From an uncultured Methanosarcinaceae archaeon (GTDB taxonomy: Archaea > Halobacteriota > Methanosarcinia > Methanosarcinales > Methanosarcinaceae), in contig CAWHXP010000005.1 of the NCBI GenBank assembly GCA_963833425.1, forward strand, positions 32,001-96,000: a stretch of 64,000 nt of DNA, read 5' to 3'. Below, in pieces: positions 13,585 through 24,611 of the stretch. The notes beneath the pieces are model-generated. The model was not told the origin of the DNA. It made no database searches and worked only from the letters and a program-made list of their open reading frames with translations. The position numbers were made by a program, and so were the translations under genes. The stretch's first letter is position 1; each line of letters opens with the position of its first letter.

Positions 13585-15061
13585 TTAATTCCCCTCCATA
13601 AAATAGACTAGCTTTTCTCAAATCTCAAATATGTATAATTTTAATCAATGTGTATAAAAATTAATAATTTTTTATATATATTATTTTTTTTGTCCAAATC
13701 AATAGAAGAAGGCTGTAACAAAATATGTAAGTTTTGTCACTAAATTTGAGTGAGAATCGGAAACGATGAGAAAAGTAAGAGTTATCAAAAGAAAAAAAGT
13801 AATGAATGTTTTATTTAAATAGCCTTGGATGCAGAATCTGTTTTTATGACCGTTTTAGCTGTTTTTTCTGCATTAACGTCATATACTTTATATAAAAATT
13901 TCTAATCTTACTTTTCCATAATATATAGCTACTTGGATTTGATGATATTTAATGCATGTTGTTTGTAGTAATTGCCTATACAATATAGATTGGTTGCAAC
14001 ATATAAGTACTAATGCATTTTTTAATTTTTTATAAATGTCTATTGTCACAATATAACTCCTTATACTTCATTTTATTTAATACAGGTTTGTCTATAGTAA
14101 TCGTCTGCTCTATACTTGTTAATTGCAACTTATAAGTACTAATGTATTTTTTAATTTTTGTATAAAGTATTGATACCAAATTCAAAAATAAGATCCGAAC
14201 TATTTGGAAGTTTTAATTATATATATTAAAGGTCTATGAAGTCTACGATATTTAATTAATCTACAAAAACTATATATTCATTTTAAGTATACCATTTCTG
14301 TTTATCAGTAAAGAAAAAAAATTCTTTCGAAATCTATTTACTGCATTCAAAAATTAAGTTTTTGACATCCTTTTTTTCATATTTTTAGTTTTGTTCAGTG
14401 GACTGTATAATTATTTTTCCCATAAAGTCCCTATTTATGATTGTACTTTGGTTTAATTCTTTTCAAGTGTCCCGAATGTTCCACGAGCTCCAGATGCTCA
14501 ATGAATCCCATAAGCTCCATTAGTAATAGATCAGAAATGTTTTCTTATTCTGGATGGAATTTAGGAAATTCAGAGATTTTAGCATAAAACATGTACATTA
14601 ATTGAGTTTAAGTCAATACATCCTTAGCTGTCCTGGTGAATTACAGTTGATTGGTTTCTTTGGGGCCTGTTTAAGATCCAAGAAGAACTCAAGCTGGGAA
14701 TAAGAATAACGCTTTACTTGTGAATAAAATTAAAATTTGTCCAAAAAAACAATATAAATTTTGTATATGTAATACTTGACAATCTGGATTTATAAGAACA
14801 TTCTAGGACTTACGCAGTTGAACAAAAAAATATAGAATTTAAGATTTAACTGTCTAAAAGCAAAGTTTAAGCTACAAAGATATAAAGCAGCCTAAGCGCT
14901 ACATCATCACTTATTCACTGTTAAGTCCATCCACCGATTATAATTTTATGTGGGCTTTATAATCCCAAACTATAAATAGACACAATTTTAAAAACTAAAT
15001 CCTGAAGAACAGAAGATCTCTTCCTAGTATAGTAATGTTTATTTTAGTTCAAAGCTGATAA

Positions 15062-16198
15062 TTGAAAATGGATGTTTCAGAGAAAAAAAATCTTCAAGGA
15101 GCTAATCTTCAGGGAGCTGATCTTATAGAGGCTAACCTTCAAGAGGCTAACCTTGAAGGAGCTAACCTTGAAGAAGCTAACCTTCGAGGAGCTAACCTTG
15201 AAGAGGCTAACCTTCGAGGAGCTAATCTTTTTTATGCTGATCTCACAGAGGCTAACCTTCAAGGGGCTAACCTTATAGAAGCCAACATTGAAATGGCTAC
15301 ACTACAATTGGCTAAACTTCATTTAGCTAACTTTAAAGGAGCTGATCTTCAAGGAGCTAACCTTCAAGGGGCTGATCTTTATGGAGCTGATCTTCAAGGA
15401 GCTAACCTTCAGGGAGCTAACCTTTATGGAGCTGACCTTCAAGAAGCTAACCTTGGAGGAGCTAAACTTGAAGGAGCCAAACTTGGAGGTGTTAAACTTG
15501 AACGGGCTTACCTTATAGAAGCTAACCTTGAAGGAGCTAACCTTGAAGGGGCTAAACTTGGTGGAGCTAAACTTGAAAGGGCTAAACTTGAAAGAGCTTA
15601 CCTTATAGAAGCTAACCTTCAAGGAGCTGATCTTCAAGGAGCTAGCCTTCAGGAAGCTATCCTTTATGGAGCTGACCTTCAAGAAGCTAACCTTCGAGGA
15701 GCTAACCTTGAAGGAGCCAAACTTAGAGGAGTTAAACTTGAACGGGCTTACCTTATAGAGGCTAACCTTGAAGGAGCTAACCTTGAAGGAGCTAACCTTG
15801 AAGGAGCTAAACTTGGTGGAGCTAAACTTGGTAGAGCTAAACTTGAAAGGGCTAAACTTGAAAGGGCTTATCTTATAGAAGCTAACCTTGAAGGAGCTTA
15901 CCTTATAGAGGCTAACTTTCAATGGGCTAATCTTCAAGGGGCTAACCTTAAAGGGACTTACCTTTTAGGAGCTAACTTTAAAGAAGCTAATCTTGAAGGA
16001 GCTAACCTTGAAGGAGCTAATCTTGAAGGGGCTCATCTTGTAGGAACCAACCTTGAAGGAGCTGACCTTGAAGGAGCTAAGAATTTATCGCTTTTCCAAC
16101 TTTCTAAAGTGAAAACACTTTATAATACAAAACTAGATGAAGATCTTCTCATGCTATTAAAAGAAGAATATCCTGCACTTTTTGAAGAACCTGAATGA
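15062..16198 (+). CDS. Pentapeptide-repeat protein, probably with decayed N-terminus
   Basis: Long A(N/D/K)LxG/E 15-bp repeat array from about 15090 to 16080. Confidence 0.85.
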   Translation: MKMDVSEKKNLQGANLQGADLIEANLQEANLEGANLEEANLRGANLEEANLRGANLFYADLTEANLQGANLIEANIEMATLQLAKLHLANFKGADLQGANLQGADLYGADLQGANLQGANLYGADLQEANLGGAKLEGAKLGGVKLERAYLIEANLEGANLEGAKLGGAKLERAKLERAYLIEANLQGADLQGASLQEAILYGADLQEANLRGANLEGAKLRGVKLERAYLIEANLEGANLEGANLEGAKLGGAKLGRAKLERAKLERAYLIEANLEGAYLIEANFQWANLQGANLKGTYLLGANFKEANLEGANLEGANLEGAHLVGTNLEGADLEGAKNLSLFQLSKVKTLYNTKLDEDLLMLLKEEYPALFEEPE

Positions 16199-17395
16199 AT
16201 TCTTATTATAACCATACAATTATTGATAGATCCAGCTCTCATAAATACAGAGATATTATAGCAAAATCTATGCATTAACGAAAAACAAGATGTTTCTATT
16301 GGGTTGAATTCCTACTCCTAAGTAACTGGAAGGAAGAAGGAAAATGGCACATCTAATAGGGCAACTGTTTAAAAAAATTGGAGTTTTTTGCTTGACTTTT
16401 ACAATATAACTATAACCAAAGTCCTAAATAGTAAAGGATCTATAGAGCGTAATAGTTTAATTAGTCCCTATAGTGGAAGTCTACTGACATTCTAATTTAT
16501 TCTATACTTCTCAAGTTTGTATTTTGGTTCGGTTGCACTCCGTAATGACATTTTTGCAAAAAATATCATAACTCTCTTTAAAAATAGAATTTGCGTTCTC
16601 ATTATTCATTTCTTAATGATTAAGACTAAATTGAGAAGCAGGCAAGGATCAAATATCTTTACTGTAACAGAAATTATAGATAATATATTTTTATCAACCC
16701 ATATATAGCAAATTACAAGGTAAATCGGAATTCTCTTTAATTATTAGTAAGTTTGAAAATTGTTTTCATGATCCGGAATTTGATCAATTATTCATAAATT
16801 CTCCCCGACTGCCAATAGAAAACCCAACAATCAAGCAGAAGCCCATCAGAGTATAGCGAAGGAAGTCAAAATAAGAATACTCAAACTCAGACTACTATCA
16901 CCACCAAAAACCTATAACAACTGGTGGCATCATCATCAACACCATGAAGCCAAGCAGATACCATCGCCAACAACACTGCTTAAAAAGATTAATCAAAAAT
17001 CTCTATAATATTTTTGGGGATATTCATTGGTACTTAAATATATCTGAATAGGTATTAAATTTTAGAACGTAAATCCTTCTTATCTAATTTAAAATATATC
17101 TATACTGGACTATCGGATCGCCTTCTTTGCAAACTTTAGAGCAACTTATCCAAAAATATTTTTGATAGTCCTAAGCAAATACTGAGTTCAAACTAATGTT
17201 AATATCGCTTCACAAATTGTTAGTTGAAGCAAAAAGATGGGTTTTGTACAAAAATGATTTAATTTAATACAAATAATGCTTAAAAATGCTTAAACAATGA
17301 TCAAAACTTTTTATAGTTACTACATGGTGCAGATATATCAGAAAATAAAAAATCAAGCTCCAAAATATGTACACTATCATACACAACATTAATTT

Positions 17396-17988
17396 TTATG
17401 CTCCATTAACGGTGAAAGCTGCCCAATAGTAAGGATGCTCAAAAGGCTTATCTTCTGGAGATTCTTTGGCCATTTCAACGTAGTGTTTTCTGTACTGTTC
17501 TATTTTCTTCTTGCTTTCGTCTTCCCATTCTCTCGAGCAGTGACATTTTTCTACATGATCAGCTACTTGATTAACAGTAAGGTCTTTAATATAGAGTTGG
17601 GTTTTCTACAAAGCCGTTGGAATATCCGTTTCCTTAGCAATATGATTAGAGTAGAACCGTTCCATTAGTATAGCTGTCGAAATATCTGGGACAGACCATA
17701 GACTGCTTACCACGCATGGAATACCCGCAAGCATAAAACCTGCAGGTAATCCAACGAACTCATCGGCACTACCTTTAACAATATCGGTGATACCTGTCTC
17801 ACAGGCAGAAAGTGTTACCAATCTTGCTGAAGAAATGTCCACAACGTCATTTTGGAGATCTGCCAAACTCAGTGTTCTTCTCCCAAACAAGTACAATCAA
17901 AAGTATGTGGATTGTCCTAGTTATGTCTGCAATGGCGGGAGAAATGGAGATATTAGTGTAAGCCAGATAAGGGAACTAATCAGCTCAT
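17396..17988 (-). pseudogene. CHAT (caspase/HetF-like) protease remnant
   Basis: LVTLSACETG, GLPAGFMLAG..VVSSLWSVPD and HPYYWAAFTVNG; internal stop at 17606; GGAGG-ATG at 17988, so most of the gene appears deleted. Confidence 0.9.
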
Positions 17989-18070
17989 AAACCTCCTAAC
18001 TTAGTTATATCAGAAGAAAGTGATTTATATCGTTGGATTAAGAAATATAAGGCTCTTTGGTGAGCTCATT

Positions 18071-21000
18071 TTAGTCTGATTTCTCAAATGAAAAAAAATG
18101 CATTTTACCAAGAGAATCACCTGCAACAATAGACTCACCATTCGGTGAAATGCAGCAGGCTAGAAACGGACTATCCCCTGTAAAATTAGAGATGATTATC
18201 CCTTGTTCCAGATCCCATACCTTGAGTGTTTTATCGCTGGAAGCTGAAATTGCATACCTTCCATCACGTGTGATTGCAACCGCATTCACCCAATTATCAT
18301 GTCCCTTTAGTGTTGTTTTTTCTTCTCCCCTTTCCAAATTCCATATCTTGAGTGTTTTATCATCGGAAGCTGAAACTGCATACCTTCCATCACACGTGAT
18401 TGCAACTGCATTCACCCGATAATCGTGTCCCTTTAGTGTTGTTTTTTTCTCTTCTCTGTTCCGATCCCATATCTTGAGTGTTTTATCGTCGGAAGCTAAA
18501 ACTGCATATCTTCCATCATGCGTGATTGCAACTGCATTCATCTTAGAAGAATATCCCTTTAGTGTTGCTTTTTCTTCTCCCCTTTCCAGATTCCATACCT
18601 TGAGTGTTCTATCGTAGGAAACTGAAACTGCATACTTTCCATCAGGTGTGATTGCAACTCCACGCACCCGACCATCATGTCCCCTTAGCGTTGTTTTTTC
18701 CTCTCCCTTTTCCAGATCCCATACCTTGAGTGTTTTATCTCCGGAAGCTGAAATCGCATACTTTCCATCACGTGTGATTGCAACTGCATTCACCCAATCA
18801 TCATGTCCCTTTAGTGTTGTTTTTTCCTCTCCCCTTTCCAGATTCCATACCTTGAGTGTTTTATCGCTGGAAGCTGAAACTGCATACTTTCCGTCAGGTG
18901 TGATTGCAACTGCATTCACCCGATAATCATGTCCCTTTAGTGTTATTTTTTCCTCTTCCTTTTCCAGATCCCATACCTTGAGTGTTTTATCGCCGGAAGC
19001 TGAAACTGCACACCTTCCATCACGTGTGATTGCAACTGCATTCACCCGATAATCATGTCCCTTTAGTGTTGTTTTTTCCTTTCCCCTTTCCAAATTCCAT
19101 ACCTTGAGTGTTTTATCTCCGGAAGCTGAAATCGCATACTTTCCATCACGTGTGATTGCAACTGCATTCACCCAATCATCATGTCCCTTTAGTGTTGTTT
19201 TTTCCTCTCCCTTTTCCAGATCCCATACCTTGAGTGTTTTATCTCCGGAAGCTGAAATCGCATACTTTCCATCACGTGTGATTGCAACTGCATTCACCCA
19301 ATCATCATGTCCCTTTAGTGTTGTTTTTTCCTCTCCCTTTTCCAGATCCCATACCTTGAGTGTTTTATCTCCGGAAGCTGAAATCGCATACTTTCCATCA
19401 CGTGTGATTGCAACTGCATTCACCCAATCATCATGTCCCTTTAGTGTTGTTTTTTCCTCTCCCCTTTCCAGATTCCATACCTTGAGTGTTTTATCGCTGG
19501 AAGCTGAAATCGCATACTTTCCATCACGTGTGATTGCAACTGCATTCACCCAATCATCATGTCCCTTTAGTGTTGTTTTTTCCTCTCCCTTTTCCAGATC
19601 CCATACCTTGAGTGTTTTATCATCGGAAGCTGAAATCGCATACTTTCCATCACGTGTGATTGCAACTGCATTCACCCAATCATCATGTCCCTTTAGTGTT
19701 GTTTTTTCCTCTCCCATTTGCAAATTCCATATCTTGAGTGTTTTATCGCTGGAAGCTGAAATCGCATACTTTCCATCACGTGTGATTGCAACTGCATTCA
19801 CCCAATCATCATGTCCGTCAAGAGTTCTAATCAACGATCCTCCTGGTGATTTCAAGGAACAAGTTCTTGGAAGTAATCTGATACCATCTTGACATTCACA
19901 TGCTTGACCTAGTAATGTTTGTATCCCCTCTTCGTGAAAACTAAGGAGACGTCCTAGAAGTTGTCCTGCAAGCTGAGTTTCATTTTTTATTAAAGCATTA
20001 TATGAAAGTTTAATTGCACTTTGTACAAGCCTTATTTCAGTATCATCGAGTAGGTAATCGTAATCATGGATAAGAGAATTTATGTTAGGTATTTTGATAC
20101 CCGTTTTGTCATTTCTAACGGTCACATGCTCCAATTTGGTGTGCATCCATTCAAAGTTTAAAAGAAGCATATGAAGTTCTTCTTTTCTTCCAGCTTCTTT
20201 CATGTGGTATGCAAGATGCTCGAAGAAGTACCCATCATTAGGGCCCGTACTCCACTTATTTTTACAATCTTTAGGATATGCTTCTAGCAACTGATTGTGA
20301 AGGCTTGTTAAATCACGTGTTGTAGCTCTCAGGTAATCAAGTTGCAGGTCATGAAGAGATATAAAGCGATGAGGTGCTTCACCATCTAGTCGCAGAAGAG
20401 ACATCTCTTTCAATTTAGATATCAATTTCCCAGAATTGCGCTTTTTTAAATTTCCAGTATGTGCCCAAAAAATCGCAATTGTAGCTTCAGGTACAGGTTC
20501 ATCTGTAGGAAAAATCGCCAGTTCCTGATAACGCTTTACTGCATCTGAATCTTCACTTGAAAGAAAGTCGAGACTGACTTTAAATGCTTTCATCACATTG
20601 GAATTTGGATAGTTTGGCAATTGAGCTTCAATAAATTCAAGATCAGCTTCTTGTAAAGCCTCCAAAATATCTAACCATGATATTCCACTTTTAGCCATCG
20701 CTCCACACATGGATAGAGCGAGTGGCAGGTATCCACATTCCCTTGCCACTCCTTTTGCTTCCGATGGCAATAAGTTTACATCCTTATCATACCAATTTGC
20801 TAGAAGCTTCAAAGCTTCAAGTTCGCTGAATGTTTTAATCTTGTGTTCCTGAGCTCCAAGTGAGGTAACAACATTATTGTTTCTTGTGGTAATAAGCAGT
20901 TTACACATTTTACCTAAAGCATTAACAAAAGGCACTGCATCTTGAACTTTCCAAACGTCGTCAAGTATAATGAGGCATGTTTTATTAGAAAGTACCTTTG

Positions 21001-21973
21001 AAAGACTCGCTTCAGCTTCCTTTTGGCTGCTGTAATTTGCAGGATCATCGCCAAATTCTCTACCGACTAACTTCAAGCCCCCTATAAGATCAGGATTCTC
21101 TAAACCTACAGTAACCCAGAATATCCCATCATGAAAAGCGTCGCGAGCTTCTCTACTTTGGGCAAGGGCTGTGGATAATACGGATTTTCCCATTCCTCCC
21201 ATACCTTGAAGTGAGTTTATCTGCTTTGCAGATGTGATTGCTGCAGATTTTGTGAAATCAGCCAGCATCAACTCTTTTATTTTCTTAAGATCTTCTGTTC
21301 GAGATAAATAATGAGGAGGTAGTGTAGGTACTCCAACAATTGGAGCAAGATGCTCAGATAGAAACTCAAAAATACTGAGGTCAAATGAATGCTCTTTGCA
21401 AACATTTAATATCGAATCAATAGGACTAAAGCCACCTGACAATATGCCTGTAGCTGTCTCCTTATAAACAACTATTCCTACGATATCGTTTAGTTTAGCG
21501 TCGAAAACCGGAGTACCGCTAAATCCTCCTTCAATATTATACCCGATAAACTTAGAAACGTCAATCTGAACGAAGTCAGGATAAGCCCTCCCTCTCCCTA
21601 ATACTGAGACCCACTCTGCTTTATCTCCATATGGAAAACCGCATACTTTGAGTTCTCGATCCCAGAAATCATCTGTGAGCATAAGCTTTCCTATACTGGC
21701 ACATGAAGGAGCTTCATCTTCAAGCTTAAGAATAGCAAAGCCATATTCTGTGTTTTGCGACCAAAAGAAAATGTGAGATTTTAGAACTTTATTTGGCTCA
21801 TCAAGATAAAAAGTCAGATATATCTCATCGCCTATTTTAGCATTTGGCGAAACATCATTGACTACGTGCCTGCAAGTAAGTATCCACCTTTTCCCAATTA
21901 GAAATCCAGCACCTTGTGCGTCCCTGTTCTTATCTAGAACTTTGACTATTGAGGACTCTGGTAAATGATTCAT
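18071..21973 (-). CDS. Trypsin-like peptidase + NB-ARC (STAND) NTPase + WD40 repeats (Apaf-1-like NLR)
   Basis: LTCRHVV and GGFSGTPV; Walker A GMGGMGKS, Walker B LIILDDVW, LPLAL, LHDL; 13 near-identical plus one divergent WD40 repeat. Confidence 0.93.
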   Translation of the reverse strand: MNHLPESSIVKVLDKNRDAQGAGFLIGKRWILTCRHVVNDVSPNAKIGDEIYLTFYLDEPNKVLKSHIFFWSQNTEYGFAILKLEDEAPSCASIGKLMLTDDFWDRELKVCGFPYGDKAEWVSVLGRGRAYPDFVQIDVSKFIGYNIEGGFSGTPVFDAKLNDIVGIVVYKETATGILSGGFSPIDSILNVCKEHSFDLSIFEFLSEHLAPIVGVPTLPPHYLSRTEDLKKIKELMLADFTKSAAITSAKQINSLQGMGGMGKSVLSTALAQSREARDAFHDGIFWVTVGLENPDLIGGLKLVGREFGDDPANYSSQKEAEASLSKVLSNKTCLIILDDVWKVQDAVPFVNALGKMCKLLITTRNNNVVTSLGAQEHKIKTFSELEALKLLANWYDKDVNLLPSEAKGVARECGYLPLALSMCGAMAKSGISWLDILEALQEADLEFIEAQLPNYPNSNVMKAFKVSLDFLSSEDSDAVKRYQELAIFPTDEPVPEATIAIFWAHTGNLKKRNSGKLISKLKEMSLLRLDGEAPHRFISLHDLQLDYLRATTRDLTSLHNQLLEAYPKDCKNKWSTGPNDGYFFEHLAYHMKEAGRKEELHMLLLNFEWMHTKLEHVTVRNDKTGIKIPNINSLIHDYDYLLDDTEIRLVQSAIKLSYNALIKNETQLAGQLLGRLLSFHEEGIQTLLGQACECQDGIRLLPRTCSLKSPGGSLIRTLDGHDDWVNAVAITRDGKYAISASSDKTLKIWNLQMGEEKTTLKGHDDWVNAVAITRDGKYAISASDDKTLKVWDLEKGEEKTTLKGHDDWVNAVAITRDGKYAISASSDKTLKVWNLERGEEKTTLKGHDDWVNAVAITRDGKYAISASGDKTLKVWDLEKGEEKTTLKGHDDWVNAVAITRDGKYAISASGDKTLKVWDLEKGEEKTTLKGHDDWVNAVAITRDGKYAISASGDKTLKVWNLERGKEKTTLKGHDYRVNAVAITRDGRCAVSASGDKTLKVWDLEKEEEKITLKGHDYRVNAVAITPDGKYAVSASSDKTLKVWNLERGEEKTTLKGHDDWVNAVAITRDGKYAISASGDKTLKVWDLEKGEEKTTLRGHDGRVRGVAITPDGKYAVSVSYDRTLKVWNLERGEEKATLKGYSSKMNAVAITHDGRYAVLASDDKTLKIWDRNREEKKTTLKGHDYRVNAVAITCDGRYAVSASDDKTLKIWNLERGEEKTTLKGHDNWVNAVAITRDGRYAISASSDKTLKVWDLEQGIIISNFTGDSPFLACCISPNGESIVAGDSLGKMHFFSFEKSD
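18180..19815 (-). repeat. 126-bp tandem repeats encoding WD40 blades
   Basis: 13 units of 42 aa, several identical or nearly so at DNA level. Confidence 0.95.
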
Positions 21974-21982
21974 TCAAAAGCC

Positions 21983-22309
21983 TCATGCCGTTTTCCAAGA
22001 AAGAGTGACCTTAAAATTTGCCTCAACGCTTGTAGTTGCAATAAAGGCTCCAGCTTGCGCATTCATTATGATCCCAAACTCAACCCCTATACAATCAGGC
22101 TTACTGCTTAGACTCTTTAGTCTCTGTACAATAACGTCTGCAGCAGGCCTGATGACATCCAGAGCTTTTTCAAATTCTTTTGTTGCTTCTTCAGGCACTC
22201 CTGACGGTCTAGAAACAGGAGTCCGACCTCTTTCGGATTCTGTTTCCTCTACTTCAATTAAAACAGCTCCACCCTCTTCAAGGTTATATTTCACAAGTTT
22301 CTTAGTCAC
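21983..22309 (-). CDS. Trypsin-co-occurring domain 1 (Trypco1) protein
   Basis: FEKALDVIRPAA...PDCIGVEFGI...EANFKVTLSW pattern; ends 9 bp before the trypsin-domain gene. Confidence 0.85.
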   Translation of the reverse strand: MTKKLVKYNLEEGGAVLIEVEETESERGRTPVSRPSGVPEEATKEFEKALDVIRPAADVIVQRLKSLSSKPDCIGVEFGIIMNAQAGAFIATTSVEANFKVTLSWKTA

Positions 22310-23773
22310 TATGCTTTCCTCCTACAAAAAATTAGTAATGAAGATTCGATTCATATCGTCCACAATGTAAGTAATTTGCATATTGTTACTTTTAAATAAG
22401 TCACTTATTTTTGTTTTTTAGCCTATTTATAATAATTTCTTGAAATAAACTATTTTTTAAGAGTTAGGGTCTCTAAACATTTAAATTGCAGAAAATTTCA
22501 GATGAAGATTTGTGATAAAAAGGGCCTGTTAAAGATTTGGAGGACAAAGATTGGAAGAGGGGTAAAAACTGGAATTTAGAGTAAAAGACTTAAAAGCTCA
22601 GCATTCGGCGGCTCAGGTGACTCTAGCTCCTAACTGATATTATATCAGTTGGAACAGGCATAACTAAGAAACTTCAAACGGGGGAGGTAGAAAAATGAAT
22701 TGACATCTCGCCCATAACTTTAGTTTAGGAATTATGTGCTTGAAGTTTAAAATTAAAATTATTATATGGTGCAATTGACAAATTTTATTCAGACCGTTCA
22801 AGTTTTAATTCTATTGATTTCAGTTCAACCATTTAAGTCATAATTAAAAAATAGCAGGGAAAGATAAAATATATTGGCACCCCGCGCAATGAGAACTTGA
22901 AAATATAACAAACATGCATAGTAATTGATGATACAAATGCGGAATCTTATCAATCAAAAAGCTATAGAATCACCAGGAGCAAAGGAGCCTGGTTAATGTT
23001 TTGAACTTTTTCTATGCGTGCATCACCAAGATTTCATTAAGTTATTTATTAATCATGCGTACACAATCTCCTTTTTAGCTCAAATTTAATTGAATGGATC
23101 ACTATTTAATAGGTAATTATGTTCATTTAAGTTTGATATAACAAACAGTAACTAACGGAGTTATTGGGTATTTATTTGAAGCTTTTTCGCTAATTACAGT
23201 CTTTTTATGCGAATTAATCAATTTAATTCGACATTATTCAGCATTTTAATGAATAAATTGAATTAATTTTTGGGATTTATTTCCACTTTAATCTAAAATT
23301 GTTATTTATTTGATCATTATTTATGCCGAAATTATAGAGTTACAAGAGACTATTTAAGCTTCAAATCCTAAAAAAAACAAGTTTAATAGTAAGAATTATA
23401 GCTTAATTGTAGTAAGGAAAGGTAAATATTTATTGCGTAAGTTATTTACACCCAGTTTACCCATCACTAATTATCCACAGAGTAAAATTCTTTTGTGAGT
23501 TCGCCGTTTGATGTCCTATAATCATAGAGATATGGTCCGTAAGTTCTAATTGATTTTGTATTTCAAGATCATAATCAAGAGCACACTGCTTTAGGTATAG
23601 TTGCTCTAAAGTGTAATAATGATGCACAATATAGCCAATCTTCCCATATCAATTTTATGAAATTTTCAAACTTTAATATTTGTATCGGACATAGGGTTAT
23701 TTATCAATTTACAGAAAATGACACAAAAAGATTAAACACCTACTCATTAACTAAACTATAAAGAATCTTTTAA

Positions 23774-24142
23774 TTAAATAAATGATTCAGTGTGGCTATC
23801 TCTAATTCTAATCTTTTCTAAAATTTTCATTCTAATCTTTTCTGCTTCATTTTCAGTTATACATGGGATATTCTGCTCCACTACTCGAGATTGCCCTTCT
23901 GCAGATAAATACAGGAACTCTCGAGCATGTGAGCTTAAACTTCTCTGATCTTCAATAACAAGCCTATAAACTGGCCGACTGGTATATTGCACCTTAGGAT
24001 TAAAAAAATATTCAAAATGTGCGTGTAGATCCCCTTCCCGGTAAAGAGAGAACAGATTTTTGCAATCCCAAGGTAACTCCTTGCCTATTTTTTGCCTTGC
24101 TTCAAGAGCTTGTAATCTTTTTTTCATTGATACTGTTACCAT
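23774..24142 (-). CDS. Hypothetical protein of integrated element
   Basis: 122-aa ORF, upstream GTGAAG/GAAG purine tract, N-terminal KKRLQALE. Confidence 0.6.
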   Translation of the reverse strand: MVTVSMKKRLQALEARQKIGKELPWDCKNLFSLYREGDLHAHFEYFFNPKVQYTSRPVYRLVIEDQRSLSSHAREFLYLSAEGQSRVVEQNIPCITENEAEKIRMKILEKIRIRDSHTESFI

Positions 24143-24299
24143 ATCTTCACTTCACATTTTCAATATTGTATTTTTCCCTAATCTGGCTATAATTCCATTA
24201 TACTTACCAGAATATTAATGGAATCTTGGCATAAATGGTAATTAAACTTCCATATTATACAGCATACGACTCTCCGATCGAGCTTCCAGAATAATAATT

Positions 24300-24611
24300 T
24301 CATTCTACTCTTGTAAATAACGGAGTGTCCGAAAGAGCATAACCATTCTGTGCCTGATAATTTTCCAGAGCTTCAAGTCTCTTCTGAAAATCACCAATAT
24401 CCAAATCTTTCATTATCGCATTTTGGACCTGTAAAGCCTGAATGAAAACTCTGATATAGGCCAGCTTTAAGCTATCTCCTTCCTGAACTCTGAAACGTTT
24501 TGCCTTCAATCTCTTTTGAAGCTGTTCAATTAATTCTGAATTTGCACTTAACAGTGACTCTCGTGTTAGTAATTTAAGAGTAGCTATTGGGGTACTAACA
24601 GTGTTCTTCAT
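24300..24611 (-). CDS. Hypothetical helical protein of integrated element
   Basis: 103-aa ORF with QKRLEALE near the C-terminus; co-oriented with the element genes. Confidence 0.6.
   Translation of the reverse strand: MKNTVSTPIATLKLLTRESLLSANSELIEQLQKRLKAKRFRVQEGDSLKLAYIRVFIQALQVQNAIMKDLDIGDFQKRLEALENYQAQNGYALSDTPLFTRVE

Noticed and set aside
18180..19815. CRISPR array
   Set aside because: Contiguous in-frame 126-bp coding repeats with no unique spacers and no cas genes.
15077..19892. Antisense ORFs (15077-15262, 15323-15937, 18150-19892)
   Set aside because: Shadows of repeat-coding genes on the opposite strand.
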